A DNA stretch of 64,000 bases from the human T2T-CHM13v2.0 reference genome, Homo sapiens (GCF_009914755.1 NC_060927.1); one strand, 5' to 3'. Numbered from the stretch's first letter, positions 1-13,503 are shown. The notes: generated by a model not told the origin, from the letters alone. Made by a program: numbers and translations.

Positions 1-75
1 AAGTTTATTGGCGTGATAGTGTTGAGATCCTTGTCACCACATACATAAAGAAAAAAAAAATCCTTTCCCAGATAA

Positions 76-450
<375 letters not shown>

Positions 451-559
451 TAAAGATGTACATTATATAGTACTGTAAAACTATAGTTTATGAAGACTCT
501 GTTCTTTAAGTGTAAGCTTTAAGCAGGTTGCAACAGAGTCTGACTTTTCCCTGGAATAA

Positions 560-800
560 CTAATTCATTTATTCCTTCAGAAAATATTTATTGAACACTT
601 AGTCTGTGCCAGGCACTACAATGGGAACTAAGGACATGCAGGTGGCTGCTTTCATGAGGAAAATAGACAGTAAAAAAGTAAACAAATGTTTAAAACAATT
701 ACTGAGTGTGATAACTGCTGAGAGGAAAAGAACAATTGCTGATAATAAATGGGTGATAAAAGACTATGAAAGGGCTAGCTACAAGAATGTTGAGATTTGG
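560..800 (-). mobile_element. L2 3' end fragment
   Basis: attcatttattcc...aaatatttattgaacacttagtctgtgccaggcact resembles the reverse complement of the L2 terminus. Confidence 0.6.
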
Positions 801-1204
801 GAGGATTCGCCATAGAACATTGGAAAATGATGCAAGTGGGATGGAAGCAGGTCAGCACATCAGAGTAACTCAAGGCAAGAAGAATCTGAATTGGACCTAG
901 ACAGAGAACTTTCCTGAAATGTCCAGAATCTTCTTGGCAATAAATTACTGAAACTATTAGTTGGATAGGCTTAAGTTCTATAATTCTATTGTATCATTTG
1001 TAATTTTCTTTCTATTCACTCATGGTTTATTATCAGTGTGTATTTAGTTTATACTTCATGATATAAGTTAGGTTACTTCCCACTAATATTTCTATTTTTT
1101 TAGAATGAAATCCTTAATTCAATAACTTGGTTGATTGATTGAACACCTGTAATATGCCAATTAATATCTTGAAAATATGCACATGAATAAGGCATAGTTT
1201 ATGC

Positions 1205-1397
1205 TTTTTTTTGAGACAGAGTCTCACTCTGTTGCCCAGGCTGGAGTGCAGTGGCATGATCTCGGCTCACTGCAAGCTCTGCCTCCTGGGTTCATGCCAT
1301 CCTCTTGCCTCAGCCTCCTGAGTAGCTGGGACCACAGGCGCACGCCACCACACCCAGCTAATTTTTTGATTACAGGTGTGAGCCACTGCACCCGGCC
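1205..1397 (-). mobile_element. AluY-like element with an internal ~100-bp deletion of the left arm
   Basis: Complete right arm (tgcaagctctgcctcc, gggttcatgccat) joins from the A-rich linker straight to attacaggtgtgagccactgcacccggcc. Confidence 0.9.
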
Positions 1398-1499
1398 AGT
1401 TTTTGCATTTTTATAGATCTTATAAACTAGGGGGAGAATGAATGAGCACATAGTTAAAATGCAGTTTTATTAATTTTACGATGTTCCTTCCTGGAGGAA

Positions 1500-2010
1500 G
1501 TGTCATCTTGAAGGTCTTGCAAGAATAAGTTATACTGGTAAAATGATGGTACGAATGAGATAAGCAGTCATGTATCAAGTAGAAAGCCAGAATTGTGAAG
1601 GCCAAAAAGCAAGTGAATAAAGTACACTCTTGAAATATAAAAGGAGTATAATTTCAAGAGTGTTCCAGGGATAGGATGATCACTTGAATTAGGCATTTAA
1701 TGTCATGTTAAGTAGTTTGAACTTTATTCCAAAAGTGCTGGGAAATAGGAAAATTAAGCAAAAAAAAAAATTAACCTGACCATTTCCATACTTAGAAATA
1801 GTAGCAAAGGGTCCAACTGGAAAACTGATGAAAGGCAGGTGAGAGGAAATATTGGCTGAACTACATTGTGACAATGAAAATAAGGAAAGTGAATGAATTA
1901 GTAGTTTCCAAGGAAAATACTCAAGATAATGTGTGAAATTAATCATTGCTGGGGCAAAGGAAGAAAAAGAGACCAGGATCATTCTTACCTTTCTGGCTCA
2001 GACAATTTTT
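1500..2010 (-). mobile_element. Degenerate L2 fragment
   Basis: Purine-rich sequence with L2-like motifs (gtaagtagtttgaactttattcc). Confidence 0.45.
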
Positions 2011-4009
2011 ATTTCCTTCCCTGAACATCTCTTGGAACTTTTCCTCTGGCCCCTTTGCTTCTGACAACCCTGGGTACATATCTTGATTCATGAGACCTGA
2101 GATTGTCCCCCTTGGCAAGGATCTAAATCAGACCTACCCTGTCATCTCACGAGGGATATTGGAATAGATAGATCTTAGCTGACATCCATAAACAACATTG
2201 GAAAGTCCATTGTGGACAGTCCACAGGAGCTTTACAACCAAATGAGGCTTTTGCCTGTATAGATAAGCCATATCAACACAGTGTGAATCCTTTTGCATCC
2301 TGTTTCTTAGTGGCTTGGTTAACTCCCAAATAAATCTACCCGCACTCACTGTGATGAATTTTATTGTGCAAGCATCTGCTCATTTCAACAACTCCATGGT
2401 CACTTTGATTTTTAAATATGCTCCTGAAGAAACTATAATGTAGTATTTGTTTATTTGCTTATTTGTTTGCTTGTTTATTTTTCTGTGTAACTCCTCTCTG
2501 TTGCTGTTCAATGGCTCACTCTTGAACATTGCAGGTCATTTTTGTGTGTGTGATAGTATAATCATCTCTTGAAACACCAGTTTTGAAAAAAATAACAAGG
2601 GTTGTAATTCACCATTATGGGTTCTATATAGCTACAGTTAATAAAATATTTACTGTTATATAACCAGACTGTGGGAAAACTATCTTCTCAGGTGAGAATG
2701 GATATATGAATAAGCCATGTCAGAACTTCTCCCTCTAACAAACAAGAGACTGTCGTTGTCATGGCCTTTTAAAAAATAGACCTTAAGCGGGTACATTGGG
2801 GTGAAATGTAATATAAGATGTAAAATATTAAGGCTAACTTGGATGTTAGCTTTTTTAAAAATCCCCGTGGTTATTGTGCTGGAATGAAGGATAGACCTGA
2901 ATAAAGAAGAGCCTGAGGTGGTTTTCAGTCAAATTATTAATCTCACCCAAAATGATCACTATGCAGCTAATACATAGTTAACTATAGTTACAATAAATAA
3001 TAATAATGATATCAAGAATTGCTAATACTGCACCAAGAACTTTGCCTACGTATTATTTTAATTTTCAGGATAATATATGATACGTATTCTATTTTTAAAT
3101 GTATTTTAAACATAGACTACTTGGAATGGTGGCAAAAAGTATTTGAAGGAGTGAGATGTTGAGAGATGTGGACTCTGTATTTCTGTTTTACTAGGCCACG
3201 TACAAAGTTTCTGATTAAGTTATTGCCTCTCCCCACCCAAGGTTCCACCATGTCTTGGAGCATTGATGTCCAAACTAGTTCCCCAAGAACACATCTAGGC
3301 TGATTCACTTCTCTTCAGGCAGAGTGCTCTGGGAATCTGATGACACGTGTGTAGGGTAGGAGTGGGGTTGTAGGGTGATGCTAGGGCATTTGTCCAACAC
3401 TTGCAAGAATAGCCAGCACGTTAGGTTGTGCAGATCTTCTCAATGACTTAAAGGCTGACCATGTCAGTTACTGTGAGCATCTCCAGGATTTTTAAAGTTT
3501 GGGTTGTGGAGGCCAGTAATCATGTGGTTAAATTTTGTAGTCATTTTCTAAATGATCCATTTGTTTCAATAATAAAGTTACTAAAAAAGAATTTGTATTT
3601 ACTTGATTAGGCCATTATGGAGCCATCTGTATTGGGAAAATATGTTTCAAATCTAAATTTAAGATATTTTATACACACAAACAGCTGTCTATATACCTGC
3701 TACTGATATACTGAGACTATACTGGGAAAGTATATAACTTTCTCTGTGAGTGTATGTGTGTATAATGCAGTAGATACACTGTTATTTACTACAGTATATA
3801 TAGTAGTTTATACATTGGCATATATAATATCAATATACAAGTAAGGCACTGAAAATAAAATATAGCAAACATTTTAAAATTTATTTTTGTGCTTTTGGAA
3901 GAAGGAAATGGATATATTAAAAAGTAAAAGAAAAAGTGTGATTAAAAAAGAGATTTAAACGTTCAAAGAAAAGTAGCATAACAAAACCCCTACATCATGA
4001 TCTCACATA

Positions 4010-4530
4010 CAGACGCTTGCCTGGATTCTTAAATGCATTATCATTCTAGGCCATTATATACATTGTTTTCTATACCTGGGATACTCTTTCTTCCCCTATT
4101 TTCTTGGCTAGGTCCTATTCATCCTTGAGGTTTCAGCGTAATACTTCTCAGGTGAGCTTTGCTGGTCTTGCAGATTTTGCTACATGGCCCTGTTTTATGG
4201 TCTCATTGAATGCCATAATTTTTCCTCATAATGAATCTAATTATGGGGCTATTCATGCAATTACAGATGTCCTGACTTATGGTGGATTGACTTACAATTT
4301 TTTGACTTTATGATGGTGTGAAAGTCATATGCATTTAGCATGTGCACCAATTTAGGATGGGGTTATATCTGGATAAGCCCATCCTAAGTCAAGAGGTGTG
4401 TGTATTAGTTTAATGCTTTGCTTTCTTATTGAACTATAAGCTTCATTTGTGCAAGGACCATGTCTGTCTTGCTCTTCCTTGTGTGTTTACAGAGTGAACA
4501 CTGTAAATAATTCTTGCCAAATGAACAAAT
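4010..4530 (+). mobile_element. L2 3' fragment interrupted by a DNA transposon
   Basis: actataagcttcat...aggaccatgtctgtcttgctc...aaatgaacaaat is an L2-like terminus. Confidence 0.55.
4264..4402. mobile_element. MER47/Tigger5-like TcMar MITE, internally deleted
   Basis: cagatgtcctgacttatggtgg...gatggggttatatctggataagcccatcctaagtcaagag; flanked by TA on both sides. Confidence 0.7.
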
Positions 4531-6763
4531 TGTGAGATGGAGGTCAAGATTAATCTGAGTATAATTCTGTATTGATGGATGACATATTTTAAAACCAATA
4601 TATAACTAAGACACTGAAAATAAAACATAAGATTGTTCTTTATCTATTTTCTCCTCTTTTAAAATAAAAAATAAAAATATTGAAAAATAAAAAATGCAAG
4701 AGATAAATGAAAGCAATTAATAGAATAAATTGAGTCATTATTCTCTTTTGAATGTTACTGCATGGCCAACAGCCTTTACCTGCAAAATGCATACCTTTGA
4801 CTAGTACACATGCATATGCTACCAAGTTTGACTCACTGAATCTTCTGGAAGGTCCACACAAGAAAGCCCCAGAGAAATAATTTCCTGAAACTTGAACTGT
4901 AGAAAATGTGTTCTTTGTGTTAAATATGAAATCATACTAATTCTAACATGCTAACTTGAAGGACCGGATGTTACTTGCAACAGGTACTTCTATAATGCAA
5001 CTTAAATAAATGAGTTCAGTTTAACATTACATATTTCTCTCAAACCCATGAGGTCAGAGTCTAGGCTGGTCATATTGGGTGAGTTACAATTAGAAGTAAA
5101 ACAGATGAGAGTAATAGCATTAATAGAATTAAAAAGTACCATCAGTGAAGGGTTCAGACTTGGAAATGAATTGAAAGTGGAATCTCAGATCAAGTGGTTA
5201 AAACCCAATGTCCAATGAGAAAATGGGATTTCATGCTCTTCAGACTCCTCTTAGCTTCTCCAAGCACAATATTTTCCCACTCACTCCATCAAATTGCAAA
5301 ATATTTTTAAAGTGAGATCTGGTTTGTGGCTGAAAAAGAAAATTACACAGTATCTCTTGGGTTGTTCTCAGCCTAAAGGGTTAAATCCTCAGTGTGCCTT
5401 TTGAGTTTTTCAGTGATAGAAAACTACGGAGGTTGTGTAAACCTTTGCAGAAATGAAACGCATAGAAACTCTTTCTGTGACCCTGAGCAATCCTGACAAC
5501 ACATGATGCACATTTGAGAAAGGGACTTCCTCATGAATGTGAGAAGAAAGACTTAGAAACGAAGTTAAATGAAGATGGGAGCAGCATTGCTCACAGAAGG
5601 AAGATCAAACACTCCATAGAAAATACACGTTACAGTGCAATTGCCCTCTGGGAGTCACAGGATTATGAAAGTCTAACTTAATTAAGGGAGAAAATAGGTC
5701 ACATTTAATAACTACATGTGTGACACATCATTTTGAACTATATAACTGAAGAGGGGAGAAAAATTAAGAAATCAGAAATATAAGAAGGCATGCAGAGAAT
5801 GCATAAATGTCTTCAACTTCATCTAATTCAGGTGTTTTTTATTTTGTATGTATGAAAAATTCACCATTCTTCTAATTTACCTTAAGCACTTGCAGTATAC
5901 TTGAAAAGGAAATTTCAGATGCAAAAAGAAAGAAACAAACTGGCCTTACCCAATTTTTTTTAAACTAAATTAAGAGGTAATAAATATTGTCTTCCTAAAA
6001 ATATACCATGCATATTTCTTTCTTTTCTTTCCCTCATGTCATCAAATGACAGATAATCAGGTATTGTGAACCCTGCGTAGAATCTTCCCCTATCCAGGGC
6101 TCAATATCCCTGTGGGGTCGAGTTAATTACAGGTATATTTCCTTTGCAAGACAGTCACACTCTGTACTGTTGAAGACACAATTAATAATTGAACAAAGCT
6201 AACCATTTTTTTTTTTCCTTTCACATGGCCACGGGTTGCAGGCAGCTTTGCTGTCACACAGGGAGCAGAGTCTCTTCTTTGGGTCTCTTCCACATAGCTT
6301 GTTTGTAATCTCCAAGAAAGACTTCACATTACAGGCTGAAAAGAATCACCTACGGTTTCCATATTTTGAAAGAAATTTTTAAAAACCATGAAAACAAACA
6401 AACAAAAATCCTAGTTTCCTTTATAAAATAGCAAAGGAAAGTTCTCTCTCCTGTCACCAGGAATATGATTATGATCAGTTGGTTATTTAGGTCACATGTG
6501 AAAGAAATGAAAGAGGAGGCATGGGAATGTAAGGGAGAATAGTAGTCTGCCCTCAAGTCTGCAAACGCAATAGAAAGCTAGTTTTGCATGTGCCAGAATA
6601 GAATCTGACCTACAAAGTGGGCCTAGATAGAAGACTGTAGAAGAGTAAAGTTGTTTCCTTTGAGATGTCTGAAGGAGCTTGGTGGGGGATATCCCCAAAG
6701 CCCTACTTGGCCATGGATGAGTGCAGCAAATCCTTGTCCTATGTCCCAAGCTATGGCCTTGAG

Positions 6764-7109
6764 CAGGAGTCTATAAACTTCCCTGTAAAGGGCCTAATAG
6801 AAAATATTTTACATTTGTGGGCCAAGTGATCTTTATTGCAATTATTCAGTGATGCTGTTTTAGAACAAAAGCAACCATAGAGAATTTGTAAATGAATGAG
6901 CATGGCTGGGTTGCAGTAAAACTTTATGTGTGTACATTGAAATTTGAATTGTATATATATAGATACAGATATATTTTTGCATGTCAAAGAAATAAAATTA
7001 TTTTGATTTTTTTCCCATTTAACAATTAAAAAACTATTCTTCACTTGCAGGCAGTACATAAATGGAGCAGACTAAATTTGATACATAGGCTGTGGTTTGC
7101 TGACCTCTG
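6764..7109 (+). mobile_element. MER58B (hAT-Charlie MITE)
   Basis: caggagtc...aaacttccctgtaaagggcc...gtaaatgaatgagcatggctg...tgtggtttgctgacctctg, with terminal inverted repeats. Confidence 0.8.
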
Positions 7110-9344
7110 TTACTGACTATTGAGAATCCCTGTGAGTGTATCTATTTTCCTGGTTGATATTGAAGCCTCCGGGGTCCTCTGAGTTTATGTAAATACAGCC
7201 TTTATTCTTGAAGACATGGCTTGTCCTCTGGTCTTTTGTTGACTTGAAACATCATAGAAAAACAAGCTATTAAGGGGTCAAGTCACATGTTCATTATCAT
7301 GGGAAAGTTTATGAGAGTTAGTTATGACTACCCAAACTCCTAGACAAGGTGGGAAAGGCTCTGAAACTCTGGTTCCACATCAGAAGTTTTATAAATTCAA
7401 GGGATAAAAAGGAATCTATCTTTAAGTTCAGTTCAGCCATAGCAAATTTTTCTTGAAAAGCCTATTTGCTAGTCAGTATTGTGCCAAAAGAAAGTGTCTT
7501 TCTATTAATGCAGTTCATTATTTGATTATAACTTGAATAGAATCTTTCTTCCTTTCTAACTCCCATTTCCCTTCTTTTATCTACCACCTTGTTCCACGTA
7601 AGAGTAAGAAATTATAAATAGTATATTTACATAGACATTTAAGTTAATTAGAAAAGGTGAGACAAAATAAAAATAATGGTAAGAAAACAAGATGATAGCA
7701 GAAGTGTGATCTGAAATGGACTTGATCCCATAAACTTCTACATAGCTTGTTTATAATCAATTTTTAATGTGTAATTTATGTATAATAATTTATATATTTT
7801 TACAGATGGTCCATAAATTTGGCTGTAAGTTTACTAACAGTCAAACAATAAAGGACATACAATCACTTATGAAAATTCACTGGGTCCTTTCTTAAAAAGC
7901 AAACGATTGCTTAGGAAAAAAGAAAGTAGAGATATTGAAAAACAAAACAAATTTCCTCAAATGGTCTTTTCAAAGGAAAACTATGTAAAACAATTAACAA
8001 TCTCTCAATTATAACATTACAGTAAACACAATGATTTTAGAAGGTGTCTTTTATAATATCCTTAAATATGAGCCAATAGCTTCTATACCAAATTGCTATT
8101 CAGTAAAAGCAATGCTACTTGGGACAGGGGTAGGTGGCATGGGATTGGAGCCAACATAATGCCATCCAAGTAGAACGTGCTCTGAAGGTTTAATTCATTC
8201 CAAGGGAAAGATATAATATCTACGTTCATACTCGAGACAATCCTTTATACATATTTTTTTTCCACATGAGGTATAAAATAAGTATGCGAGTCAATGAGTT
8301 TAAGATTGCTCTCCCAAATAAGTGTCTCATGTATATATTATCAATAAATGAGAAATTGCCTGTGTTAATAAGGATGGGTTTTGAGTGACACTTTCTCAAG
8401 AAAATAGAGGCCTTTAATAAGAATACCCGCCTAAATATAAAACCATTCTATAGGTTGGTCCAAATTTTACTTGAGAAATTAATTTAGGATCTAACATCAA
8501 AGAGAGGACCCATCTTTTCACACCACACAATACAGATAGTTTTAAAGACATTATAAACAAATACTATCCTGGTCTTTTAGAAATGTCTCAGTTTAGCTCC
8601 TGTTGTACATCCAGTCTTGAATAATATTTTTATGGTGTTCATTTTAAAATGAATATGTTGTAACAAATCTCTAGTTACTTATATGAGGAAATTTTAAGTG
8701 ACTATAAGATATAAATTAGTTAAATTTGTGAGTTCTCTACAAAATCAATAATATTTTATAAGAATAATTCACCTATTGCCTATCTTTCTGGAAGATTTAA
8801 ATAGAAGGCTACATTCTATAAAGACTGTGTTATTTGACAAGACATGGTTTTGCATACCAGAAAATGTAATTGGTAGAGTAGAGGAGTATGTATGTACCTA
8901 ATCTTAAATAATTTGCTCAAACATTTAAAAAAAGTTCAAAAAGCAGGAGGCCTGGGAACCTTTTTATGGCGATGGTGGTGAGAAGGGGAAAGAAAGGATG
9001 TTGAAGACATTCCTGGGAAATGAGTTTCTGATTTTGACTGAATTAGTATCAATAGCTGGGACTCATAATGAGTTCATGCAGCTTAGTCCATGTCTGATGC
9101 ACAGAACCAGATGCCAAGGGCAGGACAATAAAAGTCAGAAACAATTCTGTATTTTCTTGATAGATTTCTTCACAAGGTGCTACAAGTTAGAAAACTGTAG
9201 TTAAAAGCCAAGCAAACAAACATACAAACAACTATGTAAAATTAATTCAGACAAAATATTGCCCCAAGACACTGAATCACCAAACTGGCATGTATTTTAC
9301 ATATAATATCAAGCCATTTAATGCTTCTGTATTTGTTGCATTGT

Positions 9345-9437
9345 GGGTGGGGGGGGGGGGGCTGTTCTATTGAAACTGAAATTTTACAGATAGATAGATC
9401 TCTTGATAGATAGATAGACAGATAGATAGATGATAGC
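9345..9437. repeat. G13 homopolymer (9349..9361) plus interrupted (GATA)n microsatellite
   Basis: Read directly. Confidence 0.9.
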
Positions 9438-9705
9438 CAGATCTACATATATATTCAGTACAATGATTGTAAACTTTATAGAGATTAACACGTTAGCAAA
9501 GACCATGAGGACCCTAAATAAATAAAATAAAAAAGTTGCCATTCTGTTAGTATTTTAATAACAAGATAGATGCATGACCTTCTGATTCAACAGAATTTCA
9601 ATTCTGATTCTGAATTGAATTGAAATTTCTGATTCAGCAGAATTCCAGGAGCATGAGCATATTTTAAACAGCATGTGGCATATTGGAACCTGGAGTATTG
9701 CTTAC

Positions 9706-9831
9706 CAGTTGGTGTAAGGTGTCTCCAGGTGATAACAGGTTCAGGACGGCCATTGGCCATGCAGACCAGAGTCACGTTGCTGCCCTCATTCACAGTGACA
9801 TCCGAGGAGATATTGGAGATCTTTGGTGGGA
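9706..9831 (-). CDS. LSAMP: LSAMP (limbic system-associated membrane protein, IgLON3) internal coding exon, N-terminal half of Ig domain 2
   Basis: Minus-strand translation (V)[41 protein letters not shown](G) matches the LSAMP sequence I recall. It contains the Ig B-strand Cys, C-strand Trp and the N-glycosylation sequons NIS and NVT. Acceptor ...ttccttttgttttcacag|TC; donor ACTG|gtaag; 126 nt, phase 1-1. Confidence 0.95.
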
Positions 9832-9873
9832 CTGTGAAAACAAAAGGAAATGGAATATGTAACCATGTCAGTA
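9832..9873 (-). promoter_or_regulatory. 3' splice site of the LSAMP exon: branch point TACTGAC (A at 9868), polypyrimidine tract and AG
   Basis: Minus strand reads cttACTGAC...catattccatttccttttgttttcacag directly before the exon. Confidence 0.8.
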
Positions 9874-10509
9874 AGATTAGGCTTGTAGCCATACAACTGG
9901 AAGTGGCAAATTCAAGGTTTTATAACTTAATTTGAATTTCTGTGTTAAGAAGTAGGATGCTTTTAAGACCCATGCTTGCCATCTGCTTACCAAATCCATA
10001 AGTTGTCCTAAAGCACTACTATAAGGTAAGAACACCCTTCACAAAGCCATCTGAGTGCTGTAGGAAATACACAAAGTAGTATGATGAAAATATCTTAGCT
10101 TTTAAAAATACTAGAATGGACCTTATTTAGATATTAGACAGCATGCACATTTATGTAAATTAATATTATCATTGTTATTTAAATTTATTTTCTTATGTAT
10201 ATATAAATAAATATAATCCAATGTCTTCTCCAAGTACCAGCAAAAGAAAAACAATGCTATTTAGCATAAGATTACATTACTGTATTATTAAGATGTGGCA
10301 ATACCTGGTTACTTATAATCTAGCAACATAATGAACATGGATTAATCACCACAATAGAAAGCATTTAAATATCATCTTTGTGTATAACAGGCTGCATGAA
10401 GTATCTTAGAACTTAAAACGTGAATTAATAAGGCCTATCTCACAGACAGGTAGACATTCAAAAATACTATTACTTCTAGTACTTCCAACACCACTACTAC
10501 TAACAATGT

Positions 10510-10725
10510 AATTAATAGCTAGCTTTAATCAAACATTTATTATACCTAAAACCCAACATAGAGTATTTAACAAATATTACTTCAATAACTTCTTACAATA
10601 AAGAAATGATATCCTATGAAGTTTTTATTTATGGGTAGGAAACTGAGGCATAGAGGGGGCTAGGTGAGGGGCAGAAAATGAGTTTGAATCCCAGCCAATT
10701 CAGGGCCTTTGCTCATAAGCACTAC
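10510..10725 (-). mobile_element. MIR
   Basis: ggaaactgaggcatagag...tttgaatcccagcc, MIR core. Confidence 0.7.
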
Positions 10726-12447
10726 TTGAATGAAACTTCCTCTTCACAACCCAGGCTACCAGATGGCTGAAAACAACAGAAATTAGTTTTTGGTGACGTG
10801 AGAAATGAGTCCTCAAGGGCTAGCTGTACTGCCGTCTGACTTCCTTCATTAGTGTTCAGGGTGGCAACATTAGATCACACGTCGGTAGGCTTAAGTGGGG
10901 AGTGAATTACTCACAAATTTCATCACAGAGGTTATGCACTGATTACAAATAGCAGGGTTTATAGTTTGACTGTGAATTTCTTCTTTTTTACTCACTTGTT
11001 TGAGCTGTCCCTGAGAAAGTATGTGTCTGGGGGAAGGAGAAGGACAAAAGAGCATGAAGGAGTTCAATAATGAATTGTATCTTTTCTCATTCTTACTGCC
11101 CATTAGAGACTCTGTGTAGTGACGAATAAAACAGGAACATTTTCTGCTTGCAGAAGCAAGCACCTGACAGCCAAACGATCCCTGCAAATCTTCATTAGGA
11201 GACACTGATGGTACTTGGGCAACTGACTGGTTCAGAGTGTCACAAGGAGGAAGCAGGATGAGGACCCTCTCCACCTCAGCATTCCACTCTTGTAGGGCCT
11301 CTGGGTAGGGGACTGGTCATTACCAGTCAAACCCAATGGCAGCAGACTGTAGTTGATTCCAAATATTTAGCAATCTCTATTTACAGAGTTCCTAATCCTC
11401 CCTTTAGCTATTGGGGTTAAGGGTCGTTTTCTCATATTCACACACTGTCTTGCAATATGTTCTTACAGACTTTTGCAGTGAAAACCTGAAAGATCATATA
11501 CATTTTACAGGGAAGAATATCAGACACAGAGAAAAATGATGGCTTGTTAAGGATGAGCCCACCAAGAACTATGGCTGGACTTAGAATTCAGAGCTCCTGA
11601 ATGTCCAATTATTCCGTTATTTCGAGTTCACAGTTACTAATTCCCAGATGAGTAGGCTAGTGCTCTGAACATCTTCAAAACAACTGCAATGAACTATAAA
11701 TCAATGATAGTGTTTCAGAACATAATGTGGACATACTAGGTGTCATCCTCAACAATCCAAAACCTATCATAGAAAGCTATATAGTAATTCTAAGAGTCCA
11801 CATTACTAAAGTTGTAGTTACATGTGAATTGCAACGCAGGACACAGGGTAAGAAGAAATATAGATATGTTCTGATAAAAAAGGCTCTATATCCCTAATAT
11901 AAAACCATGCAAATTTATAAAACAGAAAAAAAATCCACAACTAAAAAAAAATCCCAGAGAATTACTACCTGTGGTGCAATTGACTCACAATCTCTCTCTC
12001 TCGGTGTTTTTTTTTTAAATAAAAGGAGATAGAGCGAAGACTTTGCATTTACATGTCACACCAGTTAAGCCACTTGTTCAATTTCACATAGACAGGTACT
12101 GATAAAGTTGGGAATAAAATCTAGAATAATTGACTACAGGGCTATGTTCTGGCCACCAAACCACACTGCATCTCCTAATTAAGGACAATCTATTCAAGTA
12201 CTGAGTCTCAGAGACTGGAGATACAGAAAGTGTTTGTGCTGAATAGTTAGGAATGTAATCACGCTGTATCAGTGTATCCCATGTGCCTCTGGATCTCTTT
12301 CAATGGGTCTTACTCCATCATTTGTTTTCCTACTTTATTTTGTACTAGCTTCCTCCCATAAGCATGTACATATGATGCAGTGTTTTTTGCTTTCAAAAGA
12401 AATTTCTCCCTAAACTCTTATTAACTTCTTTTTTTTTTTTCTTTTTT

Positions 12448-12489
12448 CCTGTGACATAGCTTTCAGGAGATCCTGAGAACATGTGTCCC
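12448..12489 (-). mobile_element. ~42-bp ERV1-LTR (MER4/MER41-like) hairpin fragment between A/T tracts
   Basis: cctgtgacatagctttcaggagatcctgagaacatgtgtccc resembles the recalled MER4-group motif gtgacacagcctcaggaggtcctgagaacatgtgccc. Confidence 0.6.
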
Positions 12490-13222
12490 TTTTTTATTTT
12501 TATTTTTTTCCCATCTTATTTACTTTCAATCTCTCTTTCCAAATCTCTTGCGGGAATTGTTCTACACCACATCGTCATTTCCCATCCACACCTCAACCTT
12601 CAGTGCAATCTGGATTCTCTCCTTAACCTCAAATGAAATTACTGTCAGGAAGCTCACCAATTATCATATTGTTTCTAGGTCTATGGACAATTTCTGTTAG
12701 CTTGTTTTTCTCTGAAGTATTTGGCTCTGTTGATGCTCCTTCCAGTTGTTATTTTTTATTTCCCTTGGATTCTAGGACACCAAACTTGACTGTTTTTCCT
12801 CTTATCCTTGTAGTCAGCCTTCTCAGATTCACTCTTAAGCTTATCTTGTCCTTTCCTTAACTATCTGTATTTAAGAGTTTGATCACTTACCTCTGTCTTC
12901 ATCTCAATCTATACATTCATCGAAGGATCTTACCTATTTTCTAGCTTCAGAAGCTAAAGCAATCAACATCTGCAGCCCAGATATTTTTCATGATTGTTAT
13001 ACCTACATTCCAATGGACTATTCTGTATCCCTATTGTTTGCCTCACAGACACCCAAGTTTCAACAAACTCAGGACTAAAGTCATTACCTTCATTCCCACC
13101 AAACACTTGTGTTTTATTATCTTAGTTAACAGTATCATCAGGCAGAATTGTCTAAGCAAAAAAAGCAAAGCATCTCCCTTGACTGCTCTCTCCCCTTGAC
13201 CACACTCATAAAAAATTGATCC

Positions 13223-13285
13223 TCATGTTCTGTTGTTTATGTCATGTTCTGTGGTTTATGTCATGTTCTGTGGTTTATGTCATGT
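13223..13285. repeat. 19-bp tandem repeat, 3.3 copies (tcatgttctgtggtttatg)
   Basis: Units start at 13223, 13242 and 13261, with a partial unit at 13280. Confidence 0.9.
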
Positions 13286-13313
13286 ATGGAGGATCAATTT
13301 TATATAAGCGTGA

Positions 13314-13390
13314 TGTATATATACATATATATGTGTATATATACATATGTGTGTGTGTCTCTCTCTCTCTATATATATATACACACATAT
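13314..13390. repeat. Compound (TA)/(TG)/(TC) microsatellite
   Basis: Read directly. Confidence 0.9.
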
Positions 13391-13503
13391 CAGATTCATT
13401 CTTTACTCCCAGTCCCTACTCCCACTAACCTTGTTTCAGACATCAACATTTCTTTCTGGGATGGCCTAAATTACTGAAATGAGAAAATATTAAAAATGGT
13501 TTC

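Noticed and set aside
9587-9892. 101-aa ORF as a standalone protein
   Set aside because: Only 9706..9831 is exon. The flanking residues are intronic read-through across clear splice sites.
13223-13285. CRISPR-like reading of short repeats (also 43397..43450)
   Set aside because: Head-to-tail tandem units with no unique spacers, in eukaryotic DNA.
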